A DNA stretch of 63,439 bases, filler included, from Octopus bimaculoides (lineage: Eukaryota): NCBI RefSeq assembly GCF_001194135.2. It is 5 parts of 3 records of this genome, joined end to end, with 100 filler letters (N's around TTAATTAATTAA, not from the genome) between each part and the next. Parts side by side here need not be neighbours in the genome. Positions count along the whole stretch, not along the records: positions 61,422 to 63,439 come from NC_068981.1; 4 more parts are not named here. The stretch is one strand, 5' to 3'. Positions 63,089-63,439 of the stretch are shown piece by piece. Position 1 is the stretch's first letter; each line of letters opens with the position of its first letter. The notes under the pieces were generated by a model. The model saw nothing but the letters and a program-made list of their open reading frames with translations, was not told the origin of the DNA and made no database searches. A program made the translations under genes and the position numbers.

Positions 63089-63439
63089 TTTTTTTCTTCT
63101 TTCTTCAAATTTTCTTTCATTTCTCACCGAGTGCTTTCCGTACAGCTAGGGCAGAGAAGCTCATTGTATGCATTCCCAGTTTACACACGCAAATTCACAG
63201 GTAAAATATGTATTTGAAAAAAATTAATAAATAAATAAATTCATGAATGGATGTTGTTTTCACAGCGATAATGCTCTTCTTAGTACATGAGTCGTTCCAG
63301 TTAGCACGATTTTTTGCACTTCCTGTAGGGATGGTAAGCCTGGTATCATTTTCAAATAGGTTTCAGTACCTTTTTTTTATCATTCCTAGAGATCCTACAA
63401 TCAGTGGTACGATAATCACCTTGAAGTGCCACATTTTTT
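63089..63439 (-). mobile_element. 3' end of another copy of the 58325 LINE family (continues beyond window)
   Basis: MWHFKVIIVPLIVGSLGMIK...IPGLPSLQEVQKIVLTGTTHVLRRALSL*; 3' UTR matches 58330-58400. Confidence 0.9.

Overview
AT-rich, gapped, microsatellite-dense animal genomic scaffold. The repeat repertoire (tRNA-headed CORE-like and Deu/Nin-like SINEs, RTE and restriction-like-endonuclease LINE relics, mariner/maT relics) suggests a coleoid cephalopod, probably Octopus; this is inference from recalled repeat families, not a database match. I recognise no intact protein-coding gene. Almost all supplied ORFs are N-gap, microsatellite or decayed-transposon artefacts, so the window is probably intronic or intergenic. 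The most interesting signal is a set of at least six minimal type I hammerhead-ribozyme-like motifs (Penelope-type, with palindromic stem III) from about four unrelated repeat families. One family is physically linked to a tRNA-derived Pol III head through a shared GCAGTGACCTG-(AAT)n linker, i.e. a candidate tRNA-SINE/hammerhead chimeric non-autonomous element. Every copy here carries at least one lesion, so activity is untested. Other notable items: a 147-bp-arm fold-back element, an inverted RTE duplication fused to a SINE, RLE-LINE fragments sitting inside (TAA)n tracts, a TIR-bounded DD37D maT relic and a minus-strand bias of SINEs. Coordinates were read by eye; repeat boundaries are approximate. 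Family labels A, B, D, F and I are my working names.
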